A DNA stretch of 64,000 nucleotides from Diadema antillarum (Eukaryota), in NCBI RefSeq assembly GCF_040938485.1, contig NW_027271821.1:124001-188000 (forward strand), in the 5' to 3' direction. Below the pieces are notes generated by a model. The model ran no database searches. It saw only the letters and a list, made by a program, of their open reading frames with translations, and was not told the origin of the DNA. Shown piece by piece: positions 14,101-25,759 of this stretch. Each line of letters starts with the position of its first letter. The first letter of the stretch is position 1. A program made the translations under genes and the position numbers.

Positions 14101-15126
14101 CCCAATTGCTTTCTTTTTACATCTTCATAAAATCTGTGTACTCAGACAGATTCTAGGCCTACTTTAGTTTGACAATGCAAAGAAGAGCTCAAATGACATT
14201 TTCGCTCAAATAACATTTTCACCCAAAGCATGAAATTAACTATATAACATTAACCCTTTCAGGACGGGCTGATTTTGCCGCAACACGCATTTCCCATAGG
14301 CACTTGCTTGAGTATACTCGCGACTCGTCCTCAACGGGTAAAGGACAATTCACATAGAAGAAATTATTGTTTTTCTTAAAAAGCAAATCTGAAACCACAC
14401 CTCCAACAAAATATGTAAACTTCCTAAAAACTCCAGAGAACCCCCCTAACACCAACAAATAAGGCCAAAATTGGGTCCTTCTGAACTCTACAAAAATGAA
14501 GCTGATCAAGGTAAAAACAGCCATCAGATGCACAAGTGAGCAATGTCCAGTTACTCTATATAAGGTTGCATCACATATGTAGCTGGGCTGGCCACAAAAT
14601 CTGACACATACCACTGAGAACTACATGGATTACTTGTAAGTTTAGAGGAAATGAAAGGGGAAATCTGCAAACAATAAAACAAGATAAGCAGCAGATAGAA
14701 GGCAAAGGCAAACTAGCTGCAATGAAAAAAAAAAAATAGAGAAATGAAGAATTACTGTAACTGTCAATGATCACATACAAAAAGATGTTGATGATTACTT
14801 AATTAAATTGAATTAAATCGGATTGTGTTTTCGTTTTGCTTAGCCCTAAACGGAGCAATGAATGCTTTAATGCAAACGACTGGAGGACTGGCAGCTTTCC
14901 GTCCTTTCTGAAGTACAATGTGTACCAGTACTAAGCAACGAGGATTAAGCCAAGGGGCACAAAATGCTGCTGCCAAGTCAATTGAATATGAGGTGCCTCA
15001 TAATTGATGGTCTGTGTTTCTATCCACACAGCCACAACAGCTCCTCTACATGAATCACCATTAATGATTCTTGCTTGCATATTTTTTCCTACTTTAAAAG
15101 CAAACAGACAAACAAACGAAAACAGC

Positions 15127-15159
<33 letters not shown>

Positions 15160-17848
15160 AACACTTCAGCTTAGGAGGGGCACCTGTTTATAACTGCCTT
15201 GTCCTCTGGAAGCCTAAAGACCCTCGGTTTGGGGTTTCCTGGCTGGGGTTCAGGGGTGACACTGCCCACCTCAACAAAGCCGAATCCCATTTTCAGCAGG
15301 CCGTCCATGGCTTCCGCATGCTTGTCGAACCCTCCGGCCATGCCGACTGGGTTTGAGAATGGCAGACCCATCACCTCACTTGCCTGGGTATCAACCAAGG
15401 AACAAACAAACCACAACATGTCTGTATGGGACTGCAGTGCATCATTTACGTAATCACCACTGTATAAGACCATAAAATAAGTTTTAAATTCTGATCATTA
15501 CCAGGTGTTGTGGTCAAGATAGTTGGGAGAACTTTAAACTTAGACTTTTCTGACCAAACTATTTGGCATTTCAGCAATTCTTGTGATATGGAAACCTATA
15601 CTTTTCTTTCCAACTGCCCCATGTCCATGAAAACTGTTACTGGAGCAAAACTTTACATCAAAATCAATGTCTTCAAGTTACCACACTGCAAAACACAGAA
15701 CTTTTATTCATCTTTGTTTTTAGGTGTTGCCTGGGACTCAAAATTACCCCATGCAGCTTAAAAATGTTTATCCTTGCATCCTACAGTCATATGTAAGAAC
15801 CATCCCAGATATTTCAAACAATCTGTTGCAGACATTATAGCACCATATATTGGGGGAGTGGGGAATTCACATACATGATGGGGCCTACATAAAGCCACTA
15901 TGCTACTCTCATTAACACTGCTTGTGCTGTCATAGGCGAGTGTGAATTTCTCCAGTAAATTTCACTGAAATTAGCAAGGAGGAAATAATTTCATTAATTG
16001 TACCGTACAAAAAAAAATTCTTCTTAAATTCTATGGTATATTGATATTGTATATCCTGTCTGTGTATATCCTGTCTGTGACCTACCAGTCGAGGGGGGTC
16101 TTTGTATTTGCTCCATGGCACCAACCCCCAGGCTGCTGTCTTTACTGCCAAGATGTGAGATGTCTCGCCGTCTATCAGTCTGAAGGAAGGCATCACAAAA
16201 TCACGATAGAATTTCTCGTTGCCGTTGGCAACGGCGATGCCCACAAAGAGCACGGACCCTCCTCCCAGGACGGTAGCTGCTGTCTGAAGTTTCTTCTGTG
16301 ATCACCAAACATTGTAAGATTTGTAAGATTTTATTAAACTCTGCTGACCCCTGATCGGAAGTATGAGAGTTTTTACAAGAATATGTTTTAATGCATACAA
16401 TTGTTTGCATTGTGAATTGATTAATTAAAAAAAATACAAACACTAAAACTAAACATATATGTTGTTTTCAGCACAATCACATTGTAAAATGCACTGGTTG
16501 TTAGGTAAATAAATACCATGGTATAGTCAAATCCATCTATTTTATAGTGACCACCCGCAGTATTCTCTTTAATGTGGACCACTCAACGCAATTCCCCACA
16601 CAAGAAAAGCCATGGTAATGACCTCGTCTATACATAGTGGCCACCTGTCTACATCAGCCACTTTTTTGGCTCCCTTATGAGGTGGCCACTGTATGTGGAC
16701 AGGTGCAAGTTTGACTGTACATTAATTGCTCTTATCAAATTGCCAATTTTCTTTTCCATTCATCAAACACAGGGCTGCCAACATCCACACTCCAAAATCA
16801 GGAAGATCCCAAGACTGCTAGAGGCTTTCATGCAGATATTTACACAAAAGGCATTGTAACAGGCATTAGTATTAATTCTGGATTGGAGTCAGCATTTCAA
16901 TTAGACAGAAAGATCCGTCTGTCCAGGGGAGTCTTTTATTTTTTTGACGTTATCGCTCTCCTCCGCATGAAGCCAGACGCAGTCTCCGTGGAACATTTCC
17001 CCGACGACCAGATACAGACCGATCTTTCGGTCAACATTTCAATAAGATTCTTCTTTTACCTGAAAGGTAGTAGTTATGAAGAAATGGTTATCTTTTTTTT
17101 TTATATGAAGAATATCCTCTATTAAGGATCAGGGAGATCCGAAGACTTGCTCATAAAAATAACCGTGGTAATCTAAATTAGATATTGTCAGATCCAGGCT
17201 AGAATAGACCTAGACTAGATGTCTAGTGAAAGCTCTGTATTTAAAAGACTGCAACGTAATCAAGGAAAAATCCTCCTTGTTGGAGTCACACTGACATTCT
17301 ATAAGCTATATTCTGACACTGTCTATTTATAACAAATTAATTTACTCTTGTCTGACTTGTCATGGTGTAGAATACTAGAAATCATGGTGCCTCAATAAAA
17401 CATGGTGCCTTAATAAAAACAAAGCCACCTTTTACAGATAAAGAGTTGTTTCTACTTCTTCTACTTCTACTTCTATGGTGCTTCTCATCAAAGCCTGTTC
17501 AGCAACTGGATGAGGGTTTGTGGTGTGGTGCTTCAGACAGTGTCAGTGGATGCCATTTGTGCTTTGTGCTCTTTCAGATTACAGGTGCTCACTGTGCAAG
17601 TAAAAATAAATCTCTGCTATGCTTAGTTATGAACAACAAACACACACACACCCACATTAAACTAAAGTCATTTAGCTCTAACATTGTCATTAGGCCTCTA
17701 CTAATGTTAGATGACTTTTCCTTTCTTTGAATTGGAATAGAGGTCTAGACTGTCATATCCACAGACCGCACATATGTTACATAAACTTAATTTGATTTAC
17801 GCATTCGATGCGTGTCACACGTCAGATTCTACTCACTTTCAGTGACAT
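7229..17848 (-). CDS. DHODH: Dihydroorotate dehydrogenase (quinone), mitochondrial, class 2; 9 coding exons, 393 aa
   Basis: Exons on minus: 17848-17837 (MSLK), 16295-16086, 15383-15184, 12488-12406, 11259-11069, 10083-9964, 9107-8954, 8361-8202, 7280-7229 (stop TAG). All introns are GT-AG and phases join in frame (1182 nt). Motifs: [59 protein letters not shown] (catalytic Ser), VKISPDL, VTNTT, GGLSG, IIGVGGI, LVQLYTA, GADHR*. Exon sizes 200/83/154/160 match my recollection of human DHODH. Confidence 0.98.
7391..7634. mobile_element. hAT-like MITE in the last DHODH intron
   Basis: TIRs CAGGGCT ... AGCCCTG with internal GGTGGCC/GGCCACC repeats. The TSD is degenerate. Confidence 0.65.
8072..8147. 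repeat. (AAC)n microsatellite in DHODH intron 8
   Basis: About 25 perfect AAC units. Confidence 0.98.
9730..9918. mobile_element. Tc1/mariner-type MITE in DHODH intron 6
   Basis: TACAGTGCACT ... GAGTCCACTGTA, in opposite orientation to the 1776-1963 copy. Confidence 0.8.
10885..11052. mobile_element. Short MITE (CAGGGGCGGATCCAGG-type) in DHODH intron 5
   Basis: Left end CAGTCGAGGATCCAGG, right end CCTGGATCCGCCCCTG. TATCT occurs on both flanks. Confidence 0.75.
11357..11449. mobile_element. piggyBac-like 93-bp MITE
   Basis: TTAACCCGCTGAGGA ... TCCTCAACAGGTTAA with TTAA at both ends. A second copy lies at 14250-14342. Confidence 0.8.
14250..14342. mobile_element. piggyBac-like 93-bp MITE, second copy
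   Basis: Colinear with 11357-11449 (GCTGATTTTGC..CATTTCCCATAG..ACTCGTCCTCAAC). Confidence 0.78.
15126..15157. repeat. (AAC)n microsatellite in DHODH intron 3
   Basis: About 10 AAC units, 26 nt from the exon 3 donor. Confidence 0.95.
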
Positions 17849-18596
17849 TGTTGTTCTACAGCTGAGCACCACATTAACTTGCTTGTTAAGATCTAGAACT
17901 GGTACTGGTGTATATATAGGAGCCTTCTTATTACATGTTATTGGTCGAAAACAGGTTAATGTGGATACAAATCATACAAAAACGCCTCCGTTCCGTAGCG
18001 TATGGGATCTTCGTGATAACAGCACGCAGACCTACCGCACAAGGTCAGGCGTAGGATCTAGGGGAAACACGCGCGCCGATGATAGACTCTGTCTTAGTTG
18101 TTCTCTACAATGTTTCATTTTCGTGAATTCTAAGCGTCTCTTTGGGTCAATGGTATCATCGAGTCAGTCTAGATACGAATAACTATTTTTAAAGATAAGA
18201 ATTATAAGCAAGATAATCGAAAAGGAATAAGAGTGTACCCTATTAAACAGCTGTCACATTTTGTTTAAAAAAAAAACTTCTACGTCTGAATTGAGCCTAA
18301 TTTAATTTGGTCACCTGATGATATATAGTACGTCACATGACAATGTTGTATCATTCTCATAACCAAAGAGGGCACGCAATGTGAATCATGTTGCTAGCCG
18401 GCTGAGCTACAAAAGCCAGTGTTGCTGAGGAGAGGCTACAGACGGTACCTCCCGCTTGATTTCTCCGTGCAGCGGCCCATCGAGTCAACAAGGTTATCAT
18501 TCTATCCAAACGTCTGCTTAGGTTTTTGCGGGTTTCCCCTGCCATCGACCATTCGCGTAGCCAAAGATAAATCTTGTGAATATTCTAGTTCTCAAA
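17849..18596. promoter_or_regulatory. Probable bidirectional promoter / 5' region shared by DHODH (-) and ACP5 (+)
   Basis: The two start codons diverge about 750 bp apart. The interval is CpG-rich compared with the CpG-poor DHODH introns. No TSS data are available, so this is an inference. Confidence 0.6.
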
Positions 18597-19637
18597 ATGG
18601 GAATCGAGAGGGCCATTCGGGTGTCTCTGCTGTCGGTCGTAGCTTTGAGTGCTTGTTGTGCCCTTGCCCACGCGCTGCCAGCAGCGAGTAAGAACGCCGT
18701 ATACTACGGCAAGGAAAATGCTCTCAACTACCTAGTGCTGGCCGACTGGGGCGGCCAGCCCGGCGCTCCGTACTACACCGAGTGTGAATACAATGTTGCA
18801 AAGCAGATGGGTGTGATTGCGACGAATTACGACTCCAAGTTTGTCTTGGCACTGGGAGACAACTTTTACTACGACGGCGTAAAGAGTGTAGACGATCCCC
18901 GCTTCAACGAGACTTTCGAGAACGTGTTCACCGCCGATTCCCTACAGGTGCCCTGGTACGTTGTTGCTGGGAACCACGATTACCACGGCAGTGTTCAGGC
19001 ACAGATCGAGTACTCCAATGTCTCAGAAAGGTGGCAGTTTCCCGACTTCTATTTCGCTGAGCGCTTCCAGATACCCAACACAACTGACACGGTGGCCTTT
19101 ATTTTGATTGACACTATTATGCTGTGTGGAGGAATGGATCTCGATGATGCGGACATCCACAAGCAACCATCGCAAGCCAGTGAAAAGAAATTGATGGAGG
19201 CCCAGTTGCTGTGGATTGAGGATCAACTGAAGAGCACCAGAAACGACACGTATGTGATCGTCGGGGGACACTATCCCGTGTGGTCGATCGCCGAGCACGG
19301 CCCGACCAAGTGCCTGGTAGACCTGCTTCGTCCCCTGCTCATTAAGTACGACGTCAATGCCTACTTTTGCGGTCACGATCATAATCTCCAGCACATCCGA
19401 GAAGATAACTCCAGCGTTGAATACTTCGTCATCGGCGCAGCGCACGTCGTTGACCCCTCCGTGGCCCACCAGGCGGACGTACCGGCTAGCTGGTTGAAGT
19501 TCCATTACGCTGACCTGACGAGTCTTGGGGGCTTCGCGTACGTGGAGGCCACATCGTCTGGCATGGATTTGACATTTGCCGACGGCGTGGCGGGAAAGAG
19601 TCTCTACCATGCCACTATCATGCCAAGAAAAAAGTGA
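18597..19637 (+). CDS. ACP5: Tartrate-resistant (purple) acid phosphatase type 5-like, single coding exon, 346 aa, signal peptide
   Basis: Uninterrupted ORF from ATG 18597 to TGA 19637. Hydrophobic leader MGIERAIRVSLLSVVALSACCALAHA. All metal-ligand motifs are present: DWG, GDNFY, GNHD, GGHYP, CGHDH, plus AEHGPT. N-glycosylation sequons NET, NVS, NTT, NDT, NSS. Confidence 0.96.
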   Translation: MGIERAIRVSLLSVVALSACCALAHALPAASKNAVYYGKENALNYLVLADWGGQPGAPYYTECEYNVAKQMGVIATNYDSKFVLALGDNFYYDGVKSVDDPRFNETFENVFTADSLQVPWYVVAGNHDYHGSVQAQIEYSNVSERWQFPDFYFAERFQIPNTTDTVAFILIDTIMLCGGMDLDDADIHKQPSQASEKKLMEAQLLWIEDQLKSTRNDTYVIVGGHYPVWSIAEHGPTKCLVDLLRPLLIKYDVNAYFCGHDHNLQHIREDNSSVEYFVIGAAHVVDPSVAHQADVPASWLKFHYADLTSLGGFAYVEATSSGMDLTFADGVAGKSLYHATIMPRKK

Positions 19638-21032
19638 TATGATTTGTTTCTAGCGTGCACTTGTTCCCCTAGCAGCCGTATTATCCTCGCCTCAAAGCTA
19701 AACTGAAATTATTATTGCTCTTTGCGTGTTGTCGTTTGTCGTTTCGTCTTTCCTTTTTGTCTGTCAATCTTCATGAATATGACACGAACCTTTGTGAATC
19801 AAAGAACAGATGTTATATGCAAAATGAAGGCATGTAGAAATTGAACAATTAAAGAATATGTGCAATTGGCCCACCATGGACCCATTCTCTCAACTGAGAC
19901 AGAAATTGGTTACTCCCAAAACGGATATACGTTTGTTTGTTTGTTTGTTTGTTTTTTCTGTTGAGATGATGGGGTGTGATGAAACGGAAGTAAATATTGA
20001 TTGTACACGACAACATTCCTGATATGTGATAGACAACCCGATGATATATCGTCCTTCATTCAAATTTATGAGTAAAATTACTCGGGGGAGGAAAGATTTG
20101 ACTTTCTTGTAAATGACGATACGCTGAAGTCTTGCGACTGTATTGTCGCATGCAGCTGCACTGAAATGATGTTCATTGTCCATGTTGTTTTGTTTGATAT
20201 TGGACACCTTTCATTTTGTTGTTATTTGTTCATGTTACAAAATGAGTAACTTTTTGTTTGTGTGTTGCATTGATCTGCTGTGCAGGCCAGATATACTGGA
20301 TGGTAATAAGATATTTTAGTGGGGTAGCTTAGTGAAATTATCGTGACACGGCGGACAAAAGCATGATTTTTTCACCAAAGGTACTTCATGATGTACCTTC
20401 TCAAAAAATAGGGTGCTCCAAAAAAATTGATGCTGGGAAGGAGGTCAGAGGTCAAAGGTCAATGACCTTTATTTGTGAAATGGGTTTTTTGGCTATTTCT
20501 CAGGTCAGGAATATCCAATCTGGATAAAACTAGGCAGGAAGAATATTGAGAACAAGTAAAATATTTTGATTGAATTTGGAGTGAATTTTCCAAAGGTCAA
20601 AGGTCAAAGGTCAATGACCTTTTTTTCTAAAAATCATGTTTTTGTTTATTTCTCCAGGTAGGAAGATTCAATTTTCACAAAATTTGATATGAACGTTATA
20701 TAGAAGGTACCAAGAGTATAAAGCAGGGGTCAAATATAATTGTTGATTTGTACGTTGCCATGGTAACCCAAAACTAGGGTTTTTAGTTGAAGTTAGTTAT
20801 AGGAGGCTATTTTTCAGTTTGGAAGAGATTCCATTTGAATAGGTACAACTGATCGACGGGATGTATAGAGGTTTGAAATACTTTTGATTAGTGTTAAGTG
20901 GTACGTTGCCATGCCAACTACATATATAGATTTTGGTTAAACTTAAAGGAGACTTTAGAACGTCCATGAATTTGAAGAGATTTCCATCAGGGTTGGTGTG
21001 ATTGATCAACAAAAAGTCGCCAGACAAAGATT

Positions 21033-21570
21033 TTTCACCTTCATAGCATGTGGGTTGAGTGAATGCAGCAACAATAGTAGAACACATCAGTGAGAGTTTT
21101 AAGGAAAATTGGACAATCCGTTCTAAAGTTATGAATTTTTGAAGTTTCTGCTCAGTCGAGGCTGGATGAGAAGACTACTGTACTTTGTAACGTCACATGT
21201 GTACAACGATATAAAGAATGAATAAAGAAAATTCAACATGTTTTCACTTACAAAAGGAGACTCGACTTCTCTTTCAGAAGGCAGGGGGAATAATATTACC
21301 CTTAACATACGTCAGTAGCAAGTCAAAGAAATGTGAACTTTACTCAAAAAGTATGGTTTTGTGAAATTCTCTTTTTATTTTCTTTACAATGTGCGCATGT
21401 GACATCATACACTGTGGTAGTCTTTTCATCCAGCCGCGACTGTGCAGACATTTTTAAAAATCATAACTTTTGAACGGATTGTACGATTTTTCCAAGTTTC
21501 TGTGATGTGTTCTACTAATATTGTTGTATTCACTCAATCCACGTGCGCATGAAGGTGGACTTGTCCTTGA
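21033..21570. mobile_element. Fold-back element with long imperfect arms (Kolobok-like end)
   Basis: CACCTTCAT..GAGTGAAT..GTAGAACACATCA..CAATCCGTT..GGCTGGATGA.AAGACTAC is mirrored at 21417-21560. The right end is GGACTTGTCCTTGA. Confidence 0.75.
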
Positions 21571-22262
21571 AGGACAGCTTCTGAAAGAGCAGACTCTAAG
21601 TTTTAAAATGATGTATCACTCAATTCAAATGGATTACCCTAACCTATCTGAATAATAATACCGGTACTGGAAAGAAAGCACACACTCTGGATAAGTATGA
21701 ACTGAGAAAAGAGGCTGCATTGTCTATTTTAGCGTTTAATCTTTACCAAGCTGTCTCATGTCACAATGTTTGTCTTTTCTTCCCCCCTCAAATTTTCATT
21801 TGAGTTTGTCATTATAAATTTTTGATGATAAGAACGATGCCACAAGGCATTGTTTCGTAAAAATGCTTCAACTGCTCCTTCAGGTCCAAAATCTACATCA
21901 ATATATATAATTTTCCTGATCTCCTCAACATTTTTCCAAAAATAAAGCACACACCTTTTATGCATTGAGTCCTCCTTTTTGTGGACAATTAAAGGCAAAA
22001 ACCCAGAATTAGTGCTTGAAAATAGTATTATTCTTAAGTGTGAGTTACGGATAGAAAGAACCTCTGTTAAAAAAAAAATGAATCTGTATAAACATCAATG
22101 TTAAGTATTGTTAATAACACAAAATGTGAACAATATTTTTATAATAAAATGTTTCCAGACAAAACCGTCCGAAATTTACATTTTAATGAGAAAAATACTG
22201 ATATCTCCTTATATGTTTGCTTTGATTGCAAAAACTGTATGGTAGGATGTCTTGTGATACAA

Positions 22263-22404
22263 CAGGGGGGAATTTCATGAAGCAGTTTGGTCGGATATTT
22301 TTCAGACAAACTGTTACAAGCTACAGAAATCCTTGCATCTGATTGGCAGAGAGCAAATTTGTCTGACAACTCGTCGGACAAAATGCTTCATGAAATGCCC
22401 CCAG
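22263..22404. mobile_element. Short MITE (Harbinger-like)
   Basis: GGGGGAATTTCATGAAGCA ... TGCTTCATGAAATGCCCC, with CAG on both flanks. Confidence 0.75.
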
Positions 22405-25106
22405 ACCTACACATATTATGCATGAAATGTGATATCCTGAAAATTTCTTTCAAGTCACTCTCCCAAAAGTATACATATAGGACCTTTAAGTTTTTCTTGT
22501 GTTTGTTCCTGGCAGAGTACTAGTACACAAACTCTCCAATCCATGGTGACCTAACGGGAATTAAGGAAATTAAAGTGAATATACTGAAAACCAAAACTAC
22601 GGATACCGATAACTTACTTCATTCTCCTCTCCCCACCCCATCCCACCCCTTCTTTTTGGTTTCTTGATATACAAGTAGATCTAGCTGACTTTGATAATTG
22701 TCATTATGTAACATCATCTTCAATTGACAAGGCCATAAAACTTAACAATCATATGCTGCTGGACCATTAGGGGTTAGTTGAACTATTGTTGTTTTTAATG
22801 TACCATACTTTTTCCTCCTATCAATCACATGTATTTTGGGTGGAATGTACATTGTACTTTGACATAAAGCGTCATAGAATCAACCACCTTTGGGGTCGGG
22901 AATTTTGTCATATTATAATGCTTATTGTGATTTAGATTCTGCTCTATGCCGATTCTGTTTTATTTTTATCAACTTTGTAAACTTCCCCATAGACTTTGTT
23001 CACAAGCCAACTACATCCCACCCCCTTTGGATAATGTGAACCAATTAAACATTGCTTTTACTTTTGAATAACATGTCTATACATAGCTATCAGACCAAAA
23101 ATATTCAAACCGCTTTCAGTCTTTATGAGTGAAATTACAAATAAAATATATATTTAAAAATATTCAAATTGTCTAAATTCAACTTCATCTGTGAAAACAA
23201 ACTTTTACCCTTTTTGAACATTTGAATAACCCCCATAAGAAATAAGAAATATATAGAGAGGGGAAGTGCGGACTATAAAAATTGCTTGCGGGAACCGGGT
23301 AATCCCTGCGCTAATATGGAATTCACACAATCTTGGAGGAAACGGGTTAAATTTGTTTGGAAATATGTAGGGCAATACCCAAAACCTTCAGTTCTCAATG
23401 GAATATGCAGCTCTTCTACTGGTAAACTAGTGGTACTGGGAGAAAAAATGAGCTGTGACATATGTCCTACACCTGGTTCAGTCATTGCCCAAGATTTGAA
23501 GTATCTGAGCCAGAGTCATACTTCACTCTTCGCCATTTCTCTACAGGAGGTAGACAGTACTAAAAAAATCCTTTACCAGAAATAATATCAAATCATTTAA
23601 TGAAAAGGTGCTTAAGAAAACTGGACTCTTCCAACACACCTCCCTCAGGTCTCCAACACAGACTAAACCACCTGTTACTATAGGAAAACTAGTAAAAACG
23701 GTGTATTATTGTAAACATGCACATAATATGTCGTATTAAGGGTCTGAATTTCAAGACTAGCAACCATGTACATTGCATTGCATTGTACAGAAACCTGGCG
23801 AATGCCCTGTGTATAGTCTTTGAATTCAGACATTATTGTTATAGACAAATTAAGGGTATTTTCTCATTTTTTCTGTTGGCGGATTTCTTGGAGCACCCCC
23901 TAATTTTGATCCTCATATATATACAAATGTCTGAGGAAAAGATGACACTTTTGTCCGGCGTGTCACGATTATCAGTATATTTGTCACTAAGCCACCCCAC
24001 TATTTACCTCTCTCCTATCAATATAATGTTCAATATGTTCTCCCCGTACATACGTTTGATGCACTCAACACTAGCAAATTTGAAATCATTTTTGCATTCA
24101 TTATGCATCAGTCGAATTTGTATAAGGTTCAAGATAGTTCTCACACTCACTGATGCATTATTTTACAAAATTAACCTTTGATCATGCAAAATACAACTTA
24201 TGTTATACTATGATGATCTATTCACTGTTGAGACCATGCTTACATGGTACATAGGATTGATGCTCTATTGGAAATCCATAGGTTCATCAAATTTCGCCCA
24301 CAGCATCCCAAACATCCATTGACAAGATTGCCTATATTATACCCAGTGCACCATGTCCCCTTGATCCGGGTGTTAAAATTTCAGGGACTTATACATGGAG
24401 GGGCATTGCTTACTTATCAAGTACTACGAGTACAACCTTAGATCAGTTATATCATGAACATATGCACAGAGCCTATAAGATTCTATCCAAAGAGTCATAG
24501 TTATGCCAATGATGAAGACGATAAGGCTATACAAATGTAAGTAGGCCTACTATATAAATTTACAAATACCACATGCTTATAGTTACCGTAGATTTTTTTT
24601 ATGTTTATGTTAATTGTTATTGTTGCCCTACTAGAGATTGGCAAATGTTGTAATGCCTTACTATTTGTTCCTTATCAGCCCTCTTGGACGTTAGGAAAAA
24701 TAAGTCAGTTGGCAGTTGCTCTCAATGCCCCTTTTCAGTGCCTGATTAAGTGACGGTATATTCTGGCAGAAGACAAACAAGTGTTCAGCTCAGTACTTTT
24801 AATATGTTCATTGTACTGTTGCAATCAAAGCCATATTTATGTGATACTTGTATTTATTCTTTATAAAAACCAGGCAAATCAAACTGACGTACGTCAAGAC
24901 AAATTTGAAAATGAAAAGTTAGCTTACGACAATGTTGTTTACGGGCGTAGGACCTAATATGTTGTATAATTCAATATAAGAGGAGGTGATGTTCAGATGA
25001 ATGATTGGACAAAACCATTGATACTGTTAGCCTTTTTTATTTGAATATGTTGGACAGGGATGAAAATGACTTTTTTAAGGATCAAACATAAAGAGACAAT
25101 GATAGC

Positions 25107-25211
25107 CAAGGCTCGACAATAGCAGTAACAAGATGACCCGGGGCCACCAAAGGTAGATGTCGGGTCACCACTTTTTAAGAAAACTTATGTTTGGTTGCCC
25201 GTTCGGGCCAC

Positions 25212-25247
<36 letters not shown>

Positions 25248-25261
25248 ACTGTCGAGCCTTG
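25107..25261. mobile_element. hAT-like MITE with internal poly(A)
   Basis: TIRs CAAGGCTCGACA ... TGTCGAGCCTTG. GGGCCACCA motifs are shared with 7391-7634. No TSD match. Confidence 0.65.
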
Positions 25262-25759
25262 CATTTATCTTCATTAGGAAAAAAAAGTAACAAATGAATG
25301 AATGGAAGATGTCAACGTTAGTTAATTAAGGAATTAATCACTTGAATAATGACTTAGTCGAAAGTTAAATGTCTTCCATATTCAAAACAATGTATAGTTT
25401 ATCCGATTAGTCAGATAACCACCAACAGCCCATGAACGTTTCACGAGACGAGTAGAAATATGTATTTGTACAGCAACAATGGTATTGAGTAAGCATGCAG
25501 AGTAAGCATGTGACCATAAAAACGTGCCTTATCGCGTAAGCTTGTAGAACAGAAGGAGATATGAGATCGAAAGCCAAATGTCGTGTGCGAGATGAGCTTT
25601 TGTTTACTAACTCGCTGTATAGGAGTTTACCGGTAGTTTTGATGAATTCAAGGGGAAGTGCACATTAATATTTACACGCAATGGCAGAAAGCAAAATACA
25701 ATCGACCGGCGTAATTTCTGGCGGGATAGCGATTTATAAAAACGACATTTTTATTGTTT

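Larger units (their letters stand above)
20317..24002. mobile_element. 3.7-kb non-autonomous TIR element (Academ-like termini) with nested insertions
   Basis: Left TAGTGGGGTAGCTTAGTGA..ATCGTGACACGGCGGACAAAAG..GGGTGCTCCA is the inverse of right TGGAGCACCC..CTTTTGTCCGGCGTGTCACGAT..TCACTAAGCCACCCCACTA. TTT flanks both ends. No transposase ORF was recognised. Confidence 0.65.

Noticed and set aside
18576-18596. GTG start of the ACP5 ORF given in the ORF track
   Set aside because: The in-frame ATG at 18597 directly precedes the signal peptide, and eukaryotic initiation at ATG is expected.
19023-19610. 195-aa antisense ORF
   Set aside because: It is a shadow of the GC-rich, codon-biased ACP5 ORF and has no recognisable motifs.
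23273-24441. ORFs inside or near the Academ-like element as transposase remnants
   Set aside because: No DDE, RNase H-like or zinc-finger motifs are recognisable.
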